A stretch of 64,000 nt of DNA from Eledone cirrhosa. Lineage: Eukaryota. Below are positions 27,991-44,957 of this stretch, piece after piece. The notes below the pieces were generated by a model. The model had not been told where the DNA came from and did not search any database. It saw nothing but the letters and a program-made list of their open reading frames with translations. Where the stretch lies: NCBI GenBank assembly GCA_964016885.1, contig OZ024742.1, positions 148,552,001 through 148,616,000 of the forward strand, written 5' to 3'. The stretch's first letter is position 1; each line of letters starts with the position of its first letter. The translations under genes and the position numbers were made by a program.

Positions 27991-28716
27991 AGGTCAATTC
28001 TTCCTTTTTATCTCTGTTTCACTATCTCTCTCCTTTTACTGGAAGAAATCGGCTCTGTTCAGACATGGAGAGGTGATGGACTCCACCAAGTTTAAAATAC
28101 TCCTACGATTCCATCAGGGGTTGGGGATTCATACATCATACATACAAATACTCTAAGATACTTCAGGTATTATATGTAGAATTTCTTTTCATTGTTGTTG
28201 AAATATATAATATCTACGATCTGTCCTCAGAAAATTAACCCTAATATTTCAGTCAGCTGTCACATCACTTCAGCAATCATCTATAAAAGTTTATTATATA
28301 AAGGTAAATTTCAAGTTGTATACACAACTCTTGTGGCTAACAATACACATCTTGATAAGTCATAATATCAGATCTTTTCAGCAAACACCATTTATAATCG
28401 ATATTAAAGTTATTCTTATTCAGCAAGAAATCAATAAGTGTACGTTTCAATCTTTATGTTAGTGTTGACCCAAGTCTTATTGAAATACATCTTGTCTTTT
28501 TATCTGAACATTAATTTAGGCTTTTGAGCGGTACCGTGTTTGTTTTCTTGTCCTGGTTATATCCTCGATATATGTGTCAACGCACTATTGAATTACAGTC
28601 AATATGTCTGCAATTAGATGACAAACACAGGAGAGAACTTTCTTTCCTCTTTTTCATTATATTTCACACTATTTTCAGTTTCACTTTGTTTACATACATA
28701 CATACATACATATATA

Positions 28717-28827
<111 letters not shown>

Positions 28828-29136
28828 GTGGGGGGGGGCTCTGTGTGTCTGTCGTTTGTAAATATATTGTTTTAATGTTTTAATGGCAGAAGGTTGTGAG
28901 TAGAAAGCTATTATAATTGAAGTGGTTCTTAGAGTAAATATAGAGAGAATGGGTTAGACGAGCAGTGTATGATGGTGTGTTAGATGCTTTAGAAAACTGA
29001 CAAAGTTAAACAAAATTATTATGGAATCAGGAAAGACTGAACAATAGATTCAATAGAATCAAAACGATGAAAAAATCTTTCAAAGAATAGTGAGTGTATA
29101 TATGTAGGTATGTGTGTATGTATGTGTGTATGCAAG

Positions 29137-29175
<39 letters not shown>

Positions 29176-29228
29176 ATACATATATATATAAATATATTAA
29201 TACATATACATATACTTATACATCTCTC

Positions 29229-29330
<102 letters not shown>

Positions 29331-29379
29331 TGCGTGGAGAGAGTGAGAGAGAGCGAGAGAGAGTGAGTGACTGAGAGAG

Positions 29380-29439
<60 letters not shown>

Positions 29440-29759
29440 GGGGAGAATACAGATTTGAGCAAGGAATATTTATGAACTGTCTGTGCGTGTGAAGACGTAT
29501 ATTATGTACGTAGAAACAATCGTTTATTTTGGGATATTGTTAAATAAACATAAGAATTTAGAAGTGTTTGAAAATTGTATGAAATGGCGAGATATGCAAT
29601 AGGCGTGAAGTGCAAGTAGGAACGGTTCCTAAATTCAGAATCTACTATATTCGTTTGTTTTCTATAACTCTATCAAAGTTATCAGAAACAAAGATCTTCG
29701 TTTGTATTCTTTATTGCTTCTAACGGATTATCACAACTATTGTTGTTTGTGCATAATTG

Positions 29760-29838
<79 letters not shown>

Positions 29839-30516
29839 GTGTGCTGCGTTGTGTGTCTGAATGAAACGCTAGACAGTATTTATTCTGCCTCCATGCATTC
29901 TGAGTTCAAATCCCACAGATGACAACCTTGTATTTCATCGTTCTTGGGTCAATAAATCACTTTCCAGTCTTGAGTCGTGAACTGGCATGATTGTTAGCGC
30001 GTTGGAAGAGATGTCTGGTGGTATTTGATCAGGCTATTTGCGTTTTGAGTTCGAATCTCTTAGTGGCTGATAGACAATCCGTCATCCGGTTCAGCACCGC
30101 CACCTGGCCCTTTAACGGAATCTCTTTTGTTGAAAGCATTCGTGCTGGATCACCAGTTTGAGAAGATCATACTTCTTACCTCCTAACTCCCACCAGTCTC
30201 AAGAGCACTAAAAATGAGCATGACATTGCTCTTAGTTTTGATAGATAGTTGATATATGAACAGACTTTCCTCGACACTTAATTTTAAATTCTTTTTTTAA
30301 ATTTCAATGGTAATATTTAATATTAGACAAGATGGATTACATCAAAACCGGTAATCTTTTATATATTTTATAATACTCCTTTTTTTAAATAAAATTGTTC
30401 TCCTTTTTTCAATAATGTCACTTTGACGAATTAAAGAAGAAAAAAAAAAGAAAAAAAGATTCTTTAAATATATTTCCATGCTGTTTCCATTCTTACTTAT
30501 ATATATATATATATAT

Positions 30517-30727
<211 letters not shown>

Positions 30728-31067
30728 ATGACTTGTCCCAACACAAACATTATACCAAAGGAGATATTTATTTCTCCGTTGTTACGAGCCACCTATCCTT
30801 CAGTTCTTTCAGGCAAATCGTTGAAACTGCAGGTGATCTGAAAGCTGGCGAGTGTATTTAAATACTTGTCATCTCCCATCATCCATTCTGTTTCTTCCTT
30901 CCTATTTCTTCCTTCTTCGCGCCAACTCACTTCGAGGTAATTTTTTACCCAACGCCGTCACGGCGGCATTTTGCTGTTTTCACTGCTTCCTTGTGCCGAG
31001 TTATTCTATTTTCCTACGAATTCTAATACACTCCTGTTTCAAAACTCGATATTCGAGTTAATTATCG

Positions 31068-31156
<89 letters not shown>

Positions 31157-31224
31157 TGGTGCTATTAAGTTAGATATGGCCTGGGCCATTCCTGGCCGAA
31201 ACCTATCAAAGTTATCAAAGTCAA

Positions 31225-31281
<57 letters not shown>

Positions 31282-33180
31282 AGATGATTTGAATCCAGGG
31301 CAGACAACCTTATTATCTTACTAAAAAGGAGACAATTTCCAGTTTTTTCTCCATGTGTTATGATGGTAAGCAAATCACTGAGCCGAGTTTTCTTTCTACC
31401 ACAACCTATGTTCAGCCATGTTCAGCTGCAACAAGGAAGTCTCACTTAAATATTACAGATAGAAAAATGCGGAGTTGGTGTAGACAAGTGTCTTTACAAA
31501 GAATGTTTTAACCAAATAATTATTATAAGGAATACTTTTATACTAAAATTTAGTTATAAATCCTTCTATAGTCAAATATATGGACACTACGCTATTTGTT
31601 ATATAACCTATTTAGGTTTTGTAGTTACTGCACCGTATGTACCGTATACAACTTCAATATGTTTCCAGTGAATAAATATAATTTACTTAACATTTTAGGA
31701 TATTTCTACCATAATTCATATAAACTATATAGGAACATATTATAATTTAGTTTATATAAGCTGTATGAACTGTAAAGGTGCACAGCGGGATTTTTAATAC
31801 ATATTTAAATTGCAATATTTGTGGTTAAAGTTATATGAAAATGAAACATAAAGAATGCAATTCCAAGTTGGCAATAAAACTTGTGCGAATATGAGCGATC
31901 GTGATTTTTTACCTTTACTATTTTCACTGGAAATCAATCAAATTATGTTTCCGTGTACAGCTATAACTTCAAATTAAAATATTCTCCGGGAATAGACAAA
32001 AGAATAAGTTCTTTGTGAATTTCTTTCTGTCGTTATTATAGATGAAATAATATCAGAATTAGATATTATAATGATCTCATGAGATTTTATTTCACCTTCA
32101 GTGCAACTCAGAATATGTTCTATAGTTATCAATAATACAGTCTGGACATATAACCATGTATACAAATAGACTTGATTTCGTTTCAATAGTATGTTTTTAA
32201 AGACTGTCATTTTATTTAGAAAACATTATCCAGCAAATAGGTGATCTCTTGTTGTTGTCATTTAACCCCCTAATCAGCATTAATCTACTAGATTTATAAT
32301 CAAAAATATTCCAGCCATGGCTATCTTATATTTTTTATATAACCAGGACCACATTGTCCAATCTGTTCTTTTTAAGACACTAGCGTGTGAATTGAGAAAG
32401 TATGGTTGCTATTTTTAGCAGCTCTAGTAAAGATTCATTCTTGCAAGCAAACGAAAGTTCTGGGGGTAAAATTATAGATTACATGAAATATTCATTCTCT
32501 TGATATAGCATGTGCTGTTCATTAAAATCGGAAGTTTGACCGAGATATTTGAAGAACATTCTGCTTCAGTTCAATTCTTTATAGCCATTACAGCAAACAT
32601 TTATGGGATTAAAACTACGTAATCCTTTTGTTCACCAATGAACTACGTTTTGCTATGTAACATTGTACTTTGAATCTTGAATATATTTCCCTTCGAGAAT
32701 TTAATAAAACATCGAATCTTTTATAAGATTGATGTTCTTGTCAATGATACAAAACCTGTCGAGTGAAAGAGATCTACAAACCCAAAATGTCAGATATAGT
32801 AACTTTTTTATTCGTTTATTAAGTATTCTGCAGAATCTGTAGGATTAAAAGCTGAAGAATTTGGCAGGTTCTAAATTACGGACTGTCAAACTTTTCTTTT
32901 GGATTCAATGCAGAGTTCAAACTTCAACCCTGTTTTCGATTTATTTAAACCATACTTATTGTTTCTTGTAAAATTATTAACACCTATATATTTGTCGTCT
33001 CACATTTCCAGTGTAATATATCTAATCATGTTTTACTCCAGTGAAGTCATCTCAGTAGTCTTGTTTTGTGGTAACGAAAAAAAGAAAATAATTGAGCATG
33101 TAGTGCATAGTATTTTGATTTAGTTTGAAACAGACTAGGCACGATTTCTGTTAATTCTTAAAGTCACTCATTTCAAGACT

Positions 33181-33369
33181 TAGACCTGCCACCCTCTAAA
33201 AATCTAAAAGGGGAGTACCATGAAGGTGCCCCAAAAACTGGGAGAAATGAGGCAAAATGGGGAGATTTTACATAATGAAAGCTATACCCATTTTCACAAG
33301 AGAAGACATCTATCACCCACCCCAAAGTGGGTGGGAGATCTCGTCGGACGGGGAGATTTGACAGGCCTG
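33181..33369 (+). mobile_element. MITE, same family as 26916-27098
   Basis: gggagtaccatg..ggtgccccaaaa..gggagaaatgaggcaaaatggggagattttac is shared. Confidence 0.75.
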
Positions 33370-34224
33370 AAAGACCACTGCAAATAGTAACACACATTAC
33401 GATTACAATTTATAAACATTCTATTGCTCTTTACTGTTGCCTCTTATCAGATAATTATAAATCATTTAAAGATTAAATCAATTCTTTCAAAATTACTGCT
33501 ATTGGGGGTATCTTTATTCTTATTTACATAATTTGTTGCGTGTGTGTTAAAGCAAGGAAGTAATTATTCGTTTCGTTGCATTATGACTACTACATAAAAG
33601 GAATTTTCATTTTAAATCTTACCGCAACTCCTCATCTAATGATGGCACCTGTAATATCTAACATATTTGTTATGCTGCCGCCCTATTCCCGACTTAAAGA
33701 TTTTTATTGTCTTCATCTTCGGTCTGGTATCGCGTAGCCGTCAAGTCTGATTACATTCAAATGAACATCACAATGTATTTAGTTGATACACAGACAATAA
33801 CTTTATTACGCTTGATAAAAGAGTACAGTTTTTTTACGACGATCATAAACAATGCTTTATTTCTATGATGTATAAGACGCAAGAGAGATATAACAACATT
33901 CAGCTGCCGACAAAATTAGAATAAAAATTATTAATCATCTAGATTGTTCAGTTTAATTCATTTTTTGCAAGTACGTTGTTAGTAAAGCAACTGTTTTAGC
34001 ATGGTAATAATAGTAATCTCTCCTACAATTAACATCTGAATTACAAAGTTTGATACATGACGATTTGAGAAATTTACACAAGTGCATGCAGAGGTGTATT
34101 TAGACATTATACATCAGAGTGTGCATTAATATGATGTCACTTCTCAATTTTAGAATTTTGAATGAATACAATCAATCAGCCTAAATTATTTAAGTGGTAT
34201 ATCTATAAATTTTGTTTTTAAGCA

Positions 34225-34428
34225 ATGATTTCTAATTTATGCACAAGGCCAGTAATTTGGGTGAGGGGAAAGTCGATTATATCTATCTCAGTACAACGAA
34301 AGGCCAAGTTGTAACAACGAAAGGCCAAGTTGTCATCAGCGGGATTTGAACTCATAATGTAAAGTACCGTAATAATTACTACGAAGTATTTGTCTGACGC
34401 TTTAACGATTCTGCCAATCCACCGCCCT
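34225..34428 (-). mobile_element. SINE, older copy
   Basis: gcacaaggccag...gcgggatttgaactc...ctgccaatccaccgccc. Confidence 0.75.
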
Positions 34429-35544
34429 TCATCTTGTATACACCATCTTAGAAATTGGGTTATCTATTTCTATAGATTTCCATATATTTTCTTAATCTAA
34501 ATACTATACGTTTATCTTATTTATTTATATTTTGGTTGTGAATATCGTACGATACTTTATATACGCATCGAAACAGGTTTCGTTGCTAGTAGATCCAAAG
34601 TGATGCGGGGTTACACAAAATGAATACCTAGCCATTTCAATCATCCCGCCAGCTAACGGGAGGGGGGGGGGGGTTCTAGGTTCGATCTGCTAGAAATATT
34701 AGTCAAATCTCCTTCAAACCACTCCATAGAATTTGAAATAAGGAAATATGGTATATTAGCTAATGTAATCATACACACCCATAAACGATCATGACTGGAA
34801 TGCTTTTATCAAAGATCTGCTTGGTTAGAGTTGACCTTAGACTAAAGAACAGCTGTTGAGACCAACTGTTGTCATTTTTCTTTATATATTTTGTAATTTA
34901 TGCATTAAAATGCACGTGTTAATCGGTAGAGAGCTTTCATCCTTCTGGGGTTGATAAATAATGTACTAATCAAAGGAAGGAGAAACCATTATTTGACTGG
35001 CACCATCAGCTCTAAAGTATTCATTTAAAATTAAATTCTCAATCAAAATCTTATTATAACATAAATGATAATGAGATACCAGTTGGTCAACACCAGCATA
35101 ATATATACTAATTCATAAAGTCATAGATGAAATAATAATTATCTTGAAAACTAATGAAACACTTCGACAATCTAATTGTTAGAGTTATAGTCACGAAAGA
35201 ATTAATAGACTACACTTTCCCCAACAATTGGGGTTTGTGACTATGTAAAAGTTCAAACTATATATGATCACATCTTTCAAGTCTACAAAACAAGATGATT
35301 CATTCAGGCTATTATTTAAATTATATATTCTAGAGAGTGATTTTCTCCATTTTCTCCCGTTTCTTTCACTTCTTACTTCGTCTATCCTTCTTTTTCTTCT
35401 TTTACATTTCATTCTATATCGTCTGATAAAAGACTAACGTCCAAAACGTTAAGACACTTTTCCTAATATATTAAACGTCAAACTAGAATATATCTTCATT
35501 GTACTGTGTCGTTTCACTGTGTTGTTTATCCGTTTACTTTTCGC

Positions 35545-35644
<100 letters not shown>

Positions 35645-36079
35645 TGTGCGTGTAATAAAGAATATATTAATCTCAACTATAGTACGCATTACTAAGCGTT
35701 GTCTAATGTTACTTTGAAAATAGAGTGAAATGAAATGAAAGGCTAATCAGGGAAGTACACACACACACACACACACAGACAATCATTGCGAAATATATAA
35801 CAGATATATGTACATAGACACAAAAAGAGAAAGGGGTAAGTGTCAACGAAAGACAGTAACAGAGAGGGAGGGAAAGAAAGAAATGCCACTGATGAAGTGT
35901 TCTCATAATCACAATTACATGTGTATGTAAGGGTGTGTGTGTGTGCGTTTCTGCGATTGTTTTTTGTCGGTGGTTGCGCGCATTTGAGTCTAGCTTATTA
36001 AAAACAGAATACCTTTCCAAATGTTACTTATTTTGATAATATCTATATCTACAATCGAATAGATTATTTCTTCTTCTTC

Positions 36080-36123
<44 letters not shown>

Positions 36124-36737
36124 TTTCTTTTGCTTTTTCTTTTTCTTTTTATTTTTATTTTTCTTCTTCTTTTTCTTTTTCTTCTTCTTTTTTTTTCTTC
36201 TTCTTCTTCTTCTTCTTCTTCTTCTTCTTCTTCTTCTCTCTCACTCTCTTTATTCCTCAATTCTGTCCTAATCGACTGCCTTCCACAGATATTTTGAGGA
36301 GGTATCCTCCATCAATCACTACTTTTATTAATAAAATGACATCTTCAAGCAATAATACAGTGATTCATTTGTTATTTCGTATGATGAGAGGAAAATGTTG
36401 TCTGTTGTAATGAAAGATCAATAAATAACATTGAGATGAGAAAAAAAAACTAATGAAACTTTGTTCGGTGCTGCAAAACTATCCAATTCCTGTAGCAGAC
36501 ATTTTTCACATTTCATACAATTGTTTCCACTAGTATTTGGAAAATACGACTGTATTTTAGAAGCTCATATACAATAGTATGTGGATGTGGTTATATGCAT
36601 GTGAGTTTTACAATATATATATATAATATGTGTATGAATGAAGATAGTTATTCTAAACGGTATAAGCTGTAGGGAGTGTATTTTCAAAGTATATTTGCAT
36701 TTATCAGGCTATGATCAATATTCAACGGAATGCGAAG

Positions 36738-36806
<69 letters not shown>

Positions 36807-36880
36807 AGTATCATTAAGATACCAGCCAAAAGGAAGGCAGAGTGCACACTTATACCTTAAATAGTGAAAAAACGATTTCG

Positions 36881-37010
36881 CCACGGACTAATGCATTAGT
36901 TTCTGCTATTCCATCTGCTGGCGAAAGTCCATATGGAGTTGGCGTGCACAGAAATTAGGCAATTCTATTAAGCATTACGTAATTGGCTAAGAGCAACTTC
37001 ATCAGCGAGG
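36881..37010 (-). ncRNA. Probable hammerhead with ~95-nt stem II region
   Basis: CCUCG-CUGAUGA-..-GAAA-CUAAUGCAUUAG-UC^CGUGG; element lies between two (TA)n arrays; stem II register is imperfect. Confidence 0.55.
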
Positions 37011-37114
37011 GATTAACCTCTTCGGAACATGTCAGTACGAGCCTACCTGACTTGGTATGAAGTCGCCATAACAGTAGTAAGCAATTATACATTTTTATAT
37101 ATATATATATATAT

Positions 37115-38854
37115 ATTTGTTTTATACAAACCCTAAATAGTGAAAGATAGTCATTAATTACTATCTTATTACCAGTAAGATAATAGCTCAATGTAATAAC
37201 ATCGGTTGTGTTACAGATCAGTTATATAGAGATTACAATAATCAAAGTTCAGTTTAAATCATTTATTTGCTTACAATTGTTTCCTCCAAACCGAGGTTTG
37301 GATTCTTCGGAGCAACTATTTAGTGATCTATAACCTACTTGACCTCCTTTTCAACACAAGAGACATATAAAAGCACATGCATATATTGACCCACAGTGGG
37401 ATGACATCCATCAAAATGATATAGCATGGCAATTTACATATAAAGGTTAAAGGATAAAAATAAAAATAAAAATAAAAATAAAAATAAAAATAAAAATAAA
37501 ACATTGGCAGTTTTTGAAGATAAAGCAAGAGGAAAGTTTAGAGTAGTCAGTGTATGAAACAATCTCACGTGTAGCATGCACGCGTGTCCTATTTATACAG
37601 GATTAGAGTGCGGCAGATTGTTACTTGCAGGGTCAGGCAGTTGAAGCAGGCAATCGATATTATTATGTGGGCTGAATTGTTAAATCATTTTTTCGCATAC
37701 ACCTGTATGATATACAATCCCGAATGTAGAGAAACACCAAAATATCAAAAATATCAAACATATTATAAAACATATTATAGCGTAGGCAAAACGGTACCAC
37801 TGTCTTCGCGCACACCACCACTCACATAATCCATGGGACGCAATATATAGACCACGGGTCTATCATATAATCCACGATGGTTCGGCATATAACCAAGTTA
37901 TAAACCATATCTTCTCGATTCTTAATTAATAGATCATGTTGTTTAGTTTTGTGTGATGATACTATATTCCGGAAGTGTGTGTGTGACCAAGGGGAGTTAA
38001 TGCGTAAGGGGAGGTAACTAGCTGGTTTTCTTAGTTAAATTTATTATCCTAAATTACATTAATGGTGTTTCAAATAAGTGCCTATCATATGCTGTTATAA
38101 CTAATTTCTAGATTATGTTACTTATCTATAGGTTACAGTGTTGTCTATTAAGAAGTACTAAAGGTGTATATATCAGGATGATTACCTCCCCTTACGCATT
38201 AACTCCCCTTGGTCACACACACACTTCCGGAATATAATATCATCACACAAAACTAAACATGATCTATTAATTAAGAATCGACAAGATACGGTTTATAACT
38301 TGGTTATATGCCGAACCATCGTGGATTATATGATAAACCCGTGGTCTATATATTGCGTCCCATGGATTATGGGAGTGGTGGTGTGCGCGAAGACAGTGGT
38401 ACTGTTTTGCCTACGATATAATATGTTTTATAATATGTTTGATATTTTTGATATTTTGGTGTTTCTCTACATTCGGGATTGTATATCATACAGGTGTATG
38501 CGAAAAAATGATTTAACAATTCAGCCCACATAATAATATCGATTGCCTGCTTCAACTGCCTGACCCTGCAAGTAACAATCTGCCGCACTCAATCCTGTAT
38601 AAATAGGACACGCGTGCATGCTACACGTGAGATTGTTTCATACACTGACTACTCTAAACTTTCCTCTTGCTTTATCTTCAAAAACTGCCAATGTTTCATT
38701 TTTATTTTTATTTTTATTTTTATTTTTATTTTTATTTTTATTTTTATTTTTATTTTTATTTTTATTTTTATTTTTATTTTTATTTTTATTTTTATTTTTA
38801 TTTTTATTTTTATTTTTATTTTTATTTTTATTTTTATTTTTATTTTTATTTTTA

Positions 38855-38885
<31 letters not shown>

Positions 38886-39198
38886 TTTATTTTTATTTTT
38901 ATTTTTATTTTTATTTTTATTTTTATTTTTATTTTTATTTTTATTTTTATTTTTATTTTTATTTTTATTTTTATTTTTATTTTTATTTTTATCCTTTAAC
39001 CTTTATACTTAAATTGCCATGCTATATCATTTTGATGGATGTCATCCCACTGTGGGTCAATATATGCATGTGTTTTTATATGTCTCTTGTGTTGAAAAGG
39101 AGGTCAACTAAATAGTTGCTCCGAAGAATTCAAACCTCGGTTTGGAGGAAACAATTGTAAGCAAATAAATGATTTAAACTGAACTTTGATTATTATAA

Positions 39199-39200
<2 letters not shown>
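37115..39200 (-). mobile_element. Large fold-back PLE-type element
   Basis: Arms 37231-38017/38182-39200, tail 37115-37230, (TA)n at both ends; contains (TTTTTA)n. Confidence 0.85.
39116..39164 (+). ncRNA. Hammerhead with C4 variant core (mirror at 37267-37315, -)
   Basis: UUGCU-CCGAAGA-AU(U/C)CAAACC uc GGUUUGGAG-GAAA-CAAUUG-UA^AGCAA. Confidence 0.7.
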
Positions 39201-39285
<85 letters not shown>

Positions 39286-39520
39286 ATAATAATAAATTTG
39301 AAGACTAAAATCCAAAGAGGGCTCGATAAGGATAAATATATATAAAATATATAAGAACCGTAGAGCAAATATTTATTAAAATAAAAGATTAAAGTTTAAG
39401 CAAAGAATCGCTGCTTTCACCCTTAACCGGATCTTCTGAAACTAACAAAGTCAATCTGTAAACGCAGAAGTGGATATTTCAAAAAACGTTGCAACTGGAG
39501 GAAGACAGGAAGACGATACT

Positions 39521-39792
39521 TTGGTTCGTGGAAACGTTCCCTGGCAAAGAACAGGAAAAAACGAACATAATACGTCATTAATAGGAGCGGTGAAAAACAA
39601 TTACGCGCAAAGACAGAACCACGTTTATGGTATAAAAGAAGTCGTAGACTAATGTTCTTTTAGGTGGTTCATAGAGACGTTCTCTGGCAATGAACGGAAA
39701 AAACGAAGATAATACGTCATGTGTGGAGCGTGGAGAACAATTGCAAGCAAAGATAAAACCACGTAAATGGTATAGCTAAAGTCGTAGACTAA
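39521..39792. repeat. Tandem duplication, ~140 bp unit, two copies
   Basis: tggttc..acgtt..ctggcaa..aaaaaacgaa.ataatacgtcat..aaccacgt..gtcgtagactaa occurs twice. Confidence 0.75.
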
Positions 39793-40383
39793 ATTCTAAC
39801 TAGGAAACCGAATGAATCTCTGCTTCAGAGTTAAGAATAAAGTAAATAAATACAATACAGAGGTAATAGAAATTACATAAATGCATACACGCATGCAAAT
39901 ACGTACATACACAAGCATACGCAAAACACTTGCCATAGGTATACAAGACCACGCACATATAAATATGTGTATGTGTGTGTGTGTGCGTGTATACAAATAA
40001 ATAAATAATTAAATAAACGTATATAAATAAATACTTATATAACAAGCGCACACACATACCTACATGTAAATGTTCGGAGACGTAAGTCAACCAAAACATG
40101 AATACACATATACACACACCCTACATACCTGCATACTCACGCAGACGCAAAACTCCCGTATACACATAACCAAACCATATGTACCAGAATATATAGAAAA
40201 TTTATACGCCATAACATATTCAATCAAATATACGTATGAGAAAGTATACGTACCTTCACAAAACATACAGGTAATATATACTTACCTATGCAAATAAATA
40301 ATGGTATAAACAAAACATATACTTAGCTACCACATCAAGACGTAAAATATCCACGTATAAACTTTAATCTGTTATTTTAATAA

Positions 40384-40457
<74 letters not shown>

Positions 40458-40639
40458 TTTTTTAATGTATAGGAAAAACAAATACTAGGCGTGAAGTATA
40501 GAAAAGAAGTGAAGAATTTAATCAAAAGTTCATTCTTTAACACGTGTTTCAATGCAGTATAAGTCTACGAGTGCAATATTACTTATTTTAATTTTGTTTC
40601 TACACTAATCAATACAGACAAATTTTATCCGTATATATG

Positions 40640-41685
<1,046 letters not shown>

Positions 41686-42450
41686 GTACGTATGTAGAGA
41701 GAGTGATGGAGAAAGGCGATAAGGAAGAAACAGAGGTGGGTATAATTGCTTTTTGTGTTCGTTGTTATTAATTCATTGCGCTTACAAATATTTTACGCCA
41801 GCATCAGTAGCGACAAGAGCTATAACAATATAGTTATCGATTTAAAAAAGGAGCTTTTATCTCATTGAAAAGCAACATTTGGTTTGGCGTTGCCACTGAT
41901 TCCAAGACGGATGGAATTAAATTCCCTTTTATTTATTCTTTCTTCTTTCCTTTTCCGTTTTTTTTCTTTCTTTCTGTCTTTCTCTTTTTTTGTCGCTTAA
42001 TATAATCTTTTACTATCAATTTATTCAGTTAAGTTGAGATGGCGCGAGGCTTTCCAGTGTATTTAAATCGCCTGAAGTCTTTTGATGGCTGGCAAGAATA
42101 TGAATGCATTACAACCTTTTTATGTAGTCGACTTGCTTTGTGTTCGTCCATGACGTGTCAAAAGATGAAGTTACGCGTCCAAGCAGGTATTTTTATTTTT
42201 TATTGTCTCGCGTTCCTTTCTAGCGAGTTCACCTCTAAGCACTTAACCTTTATTTTTGTTAATAGTCCTTTCTTCTATTGATCACTTCTATACCCTGCAA
42301 TGGCGTCTCTTCACTAATGTCATGGGCGGACTTTTCAGCAGCTGTTCCTTTTGAACTTTTATAATTTCTCACAAAAACCCGTCTTCACAATATTTCTTTC
42401 TTCATTCGTACAAGTGGTCAAATTATTATATATATCTCAAATCTTGTGGT

Positions 42451-42550
<100 letters not shown>

Positions 42551-42586
42551 AGAGAGAGAGAAATGTATATATATAAATATATATAT

Positions 42587-42658
<72 letters not shown>

Positions 42659-42959
42659 CACATATATATATATATATATATAATGGATGGTTAATCCGAA
42701 AGATTTGGGGAATATCAAATTGATAAAGTAACTTTCAATCCTTCGTCCTTTCATCGTCATCATCATCTTCTTCTTCTTCTTCTTCTTCTTCTTCTTCTTC
42801 TTCTTCTTCTCACTAAGCGATGTTTCTTTCTATTTTTCCCCTTTTCCTCTTCTGTCTAATATTCATTCTTTTGATTTTGTATAAATCTCATTTTTTCTTC
42901 CCTATCGTTCGTACAAATCAAATCCTTTCTATTTAGATCCCTTCAAGCTATTCATTCTA

Positions 42960-43945
42960 ATTTCATTATGATCTCCTTTCTCTCACAGAACACTCTAACA
43001 CAGAATCTAACCAATGTTATCAATATGTTATGGTTCATGGCTTTACAAATCAGCTTGCTTGTTATTGCACAAAATCCATTGTCCATAATATATAGTGTTT
43101 GGCTCATATGCCCAGAGCTTGAAGTTCTAATCAAGACTATCAATATTGGCTTCTTACATATAGATACATGTAAGGTAAATTCAATTGAATCGAATCCACT
43201 GTCACTTACTTTAGTAATTTGCGGTTATTTAAAGTTAAAGTCGACATACTAGTAGATTTGAATACATAAGATAAATAGGAAATGAATTTTTTTAACAAAA
43301 TTGATTTCGCTATTTTGCATGTCTCATTAATTACTTTATATTTATGTACTTTCTGTAAACCATAGAGATTACTAGGTTCACATCTAAAATTAGTGAAATA
43401 GTCTAATTCTGTAGCAGGCAGTTTTGGTATGAGTGTAGTAAATCAGTGAGTTGTTTCATCACTATATGGTGTTTGTAGCTTTCGGCTTCTTCATAATTAT
43501 GTATTGTCCTGTAGAATTGTTTGAAGCATGTTGGTGTAATGCTTAGTGACAATAGTCCTTTGTCGGCTTATTTTATAATAATGTTTTTGTCCTGCTTCAG
43601 ATCGTTTAAATGGTCCCATTGTTGTCTGGTAAAGTTGGACTTTGTGGCTTTCCCAGTTTATCAACTGGGAAATTTGAGATGTAATCATAAAATTTATCAA
43701 TGGCTGCATTCCTACCTTTTAGGGGTTGATATTCCTTTTTTTCTCTAATTAGTGATTCATCGTTGTCTTCTTTTTCAAAAAAACTGGTCCACTAGCCTGA
43801 GTCTTCAACAGAAGTCCGAAATGTCATCTTTAAATCTTGGTATATTTGGTTTTTGACAAGTGGGCGTAAATTTTAGTCCTTTACCTAGAATATCTATTTG
43901 CGTGGGTGTTAGCGGTTTTCGTGAGAGATTAACTATTTTCAGTTT
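42960..43945 (-). pseudogene. Penelope-like element ORF, N-terminal/RT fragment
   Basis: IVNLSRKPLTPTQIDILGKGLKFTPT, later PSNLYGLQKVHK (FYGLPKIHK-like); many stops; ~65 bp direct repeats at 42682-42746 and 44217-44282. Confidence 0.75.
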
Positions 43946-44295
43946 CTCATGAATTATATATATATATATGTGTGTGTGAGTGCGCGCGCGCGCGCCCATG
44001 TGTGTGTGTGTGTGTAATGAGAGTAGGAATCCCACTCTTATTTTGGTAAGGGGTGCTAAGCTCAATGCGTTAATAAAATCGACACCATAAAAGAATCCAA
44101 GTCCAATGTATGTTCCAAAGGGTTGAGGTACTGGTATGTAAAGACAGTATAAGCTGCAAAGCATCAATAATTGATATAAAAGGAGAAACTCCTCCTACGA
44201 GAAACTACTCCTTGATAATGGATGGTTAAGCCGAAAGATTTGGGGAATATTAAATTGCTAAAGTAACTTTCAATTATTCGTATGTATTTATTATA

Positions 44296-44900
44296 ATGCC
44301 GAGCATTATAATAAATGTTCGGTAAACCCATACGTACATATATATATGTGTGTGCATGTATGTATGTATATACATACTAGTGTACGTCTGTATACATATA
44401 TGTATGTACGTATACATACTTATATTTAAGTATCAGACGTACTAAGAGTGAGAAATGAAATTTCATTTTTTCCATTTATCATTTTCGGTACGCCCGGCCG
44501 ACTAACTCACTCGATATTCAAATTAGGCTGCTCAGCCGTTAATATGCATAAGGAAAGTATATACTTTCAAACGTTCAATCGACTGACAGGAAGGTATACG
44601 GTGCTATTGACAGCTAATAAGCTAGAAACTAGTTCATCGTTCCTTTGTCAGTGTTGAACAAAATGGCAACGATGGTTGCCGAACACTGTACGGTTACTAA
44701 CTCGGGCTGTTTGTTTACAAACACACCGAGCATTATAATAAATGTTCGGCAAACCCATACGTACATATATATATATATGTGCATGTATGTATGTATATAC
44801 ATACTAGTGTACGTCTGTATACATATATTTATGTAGGTATACATACTTATATTTAAGTATCAGCCGTACTAAGAGTGAGAAATGAAATTTCATTTTTTCC

Positions 44901-44906
<6 letters not shown>
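44296..44906 (+). mobile_element. Family A tandem (~1.4 units, period 427 nt)
   Basis: gagcattataataaatgttcgg at 44301 and 44728; decayed HHR ~44598-44640; ends ...ttttttccatt|(TA)n. Confidence 0.85.
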
Positions 44907-44934
<28 letters not shown>

Positions 44935-44957
44935 GGAAAAAAAAAATATATATATAT

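Noticed and set aside
31300-33150. Repeat-poor stretch possibly containing host exons
   Set aside because: Only short ORFs without recognisable motifs; small exons cannot be excluded by eye
39405-39442. Minus-strand CAGAAGA...GAAA possible hammerhead
   Set aside because: Core is altered and stems I and III do not pair convincingly
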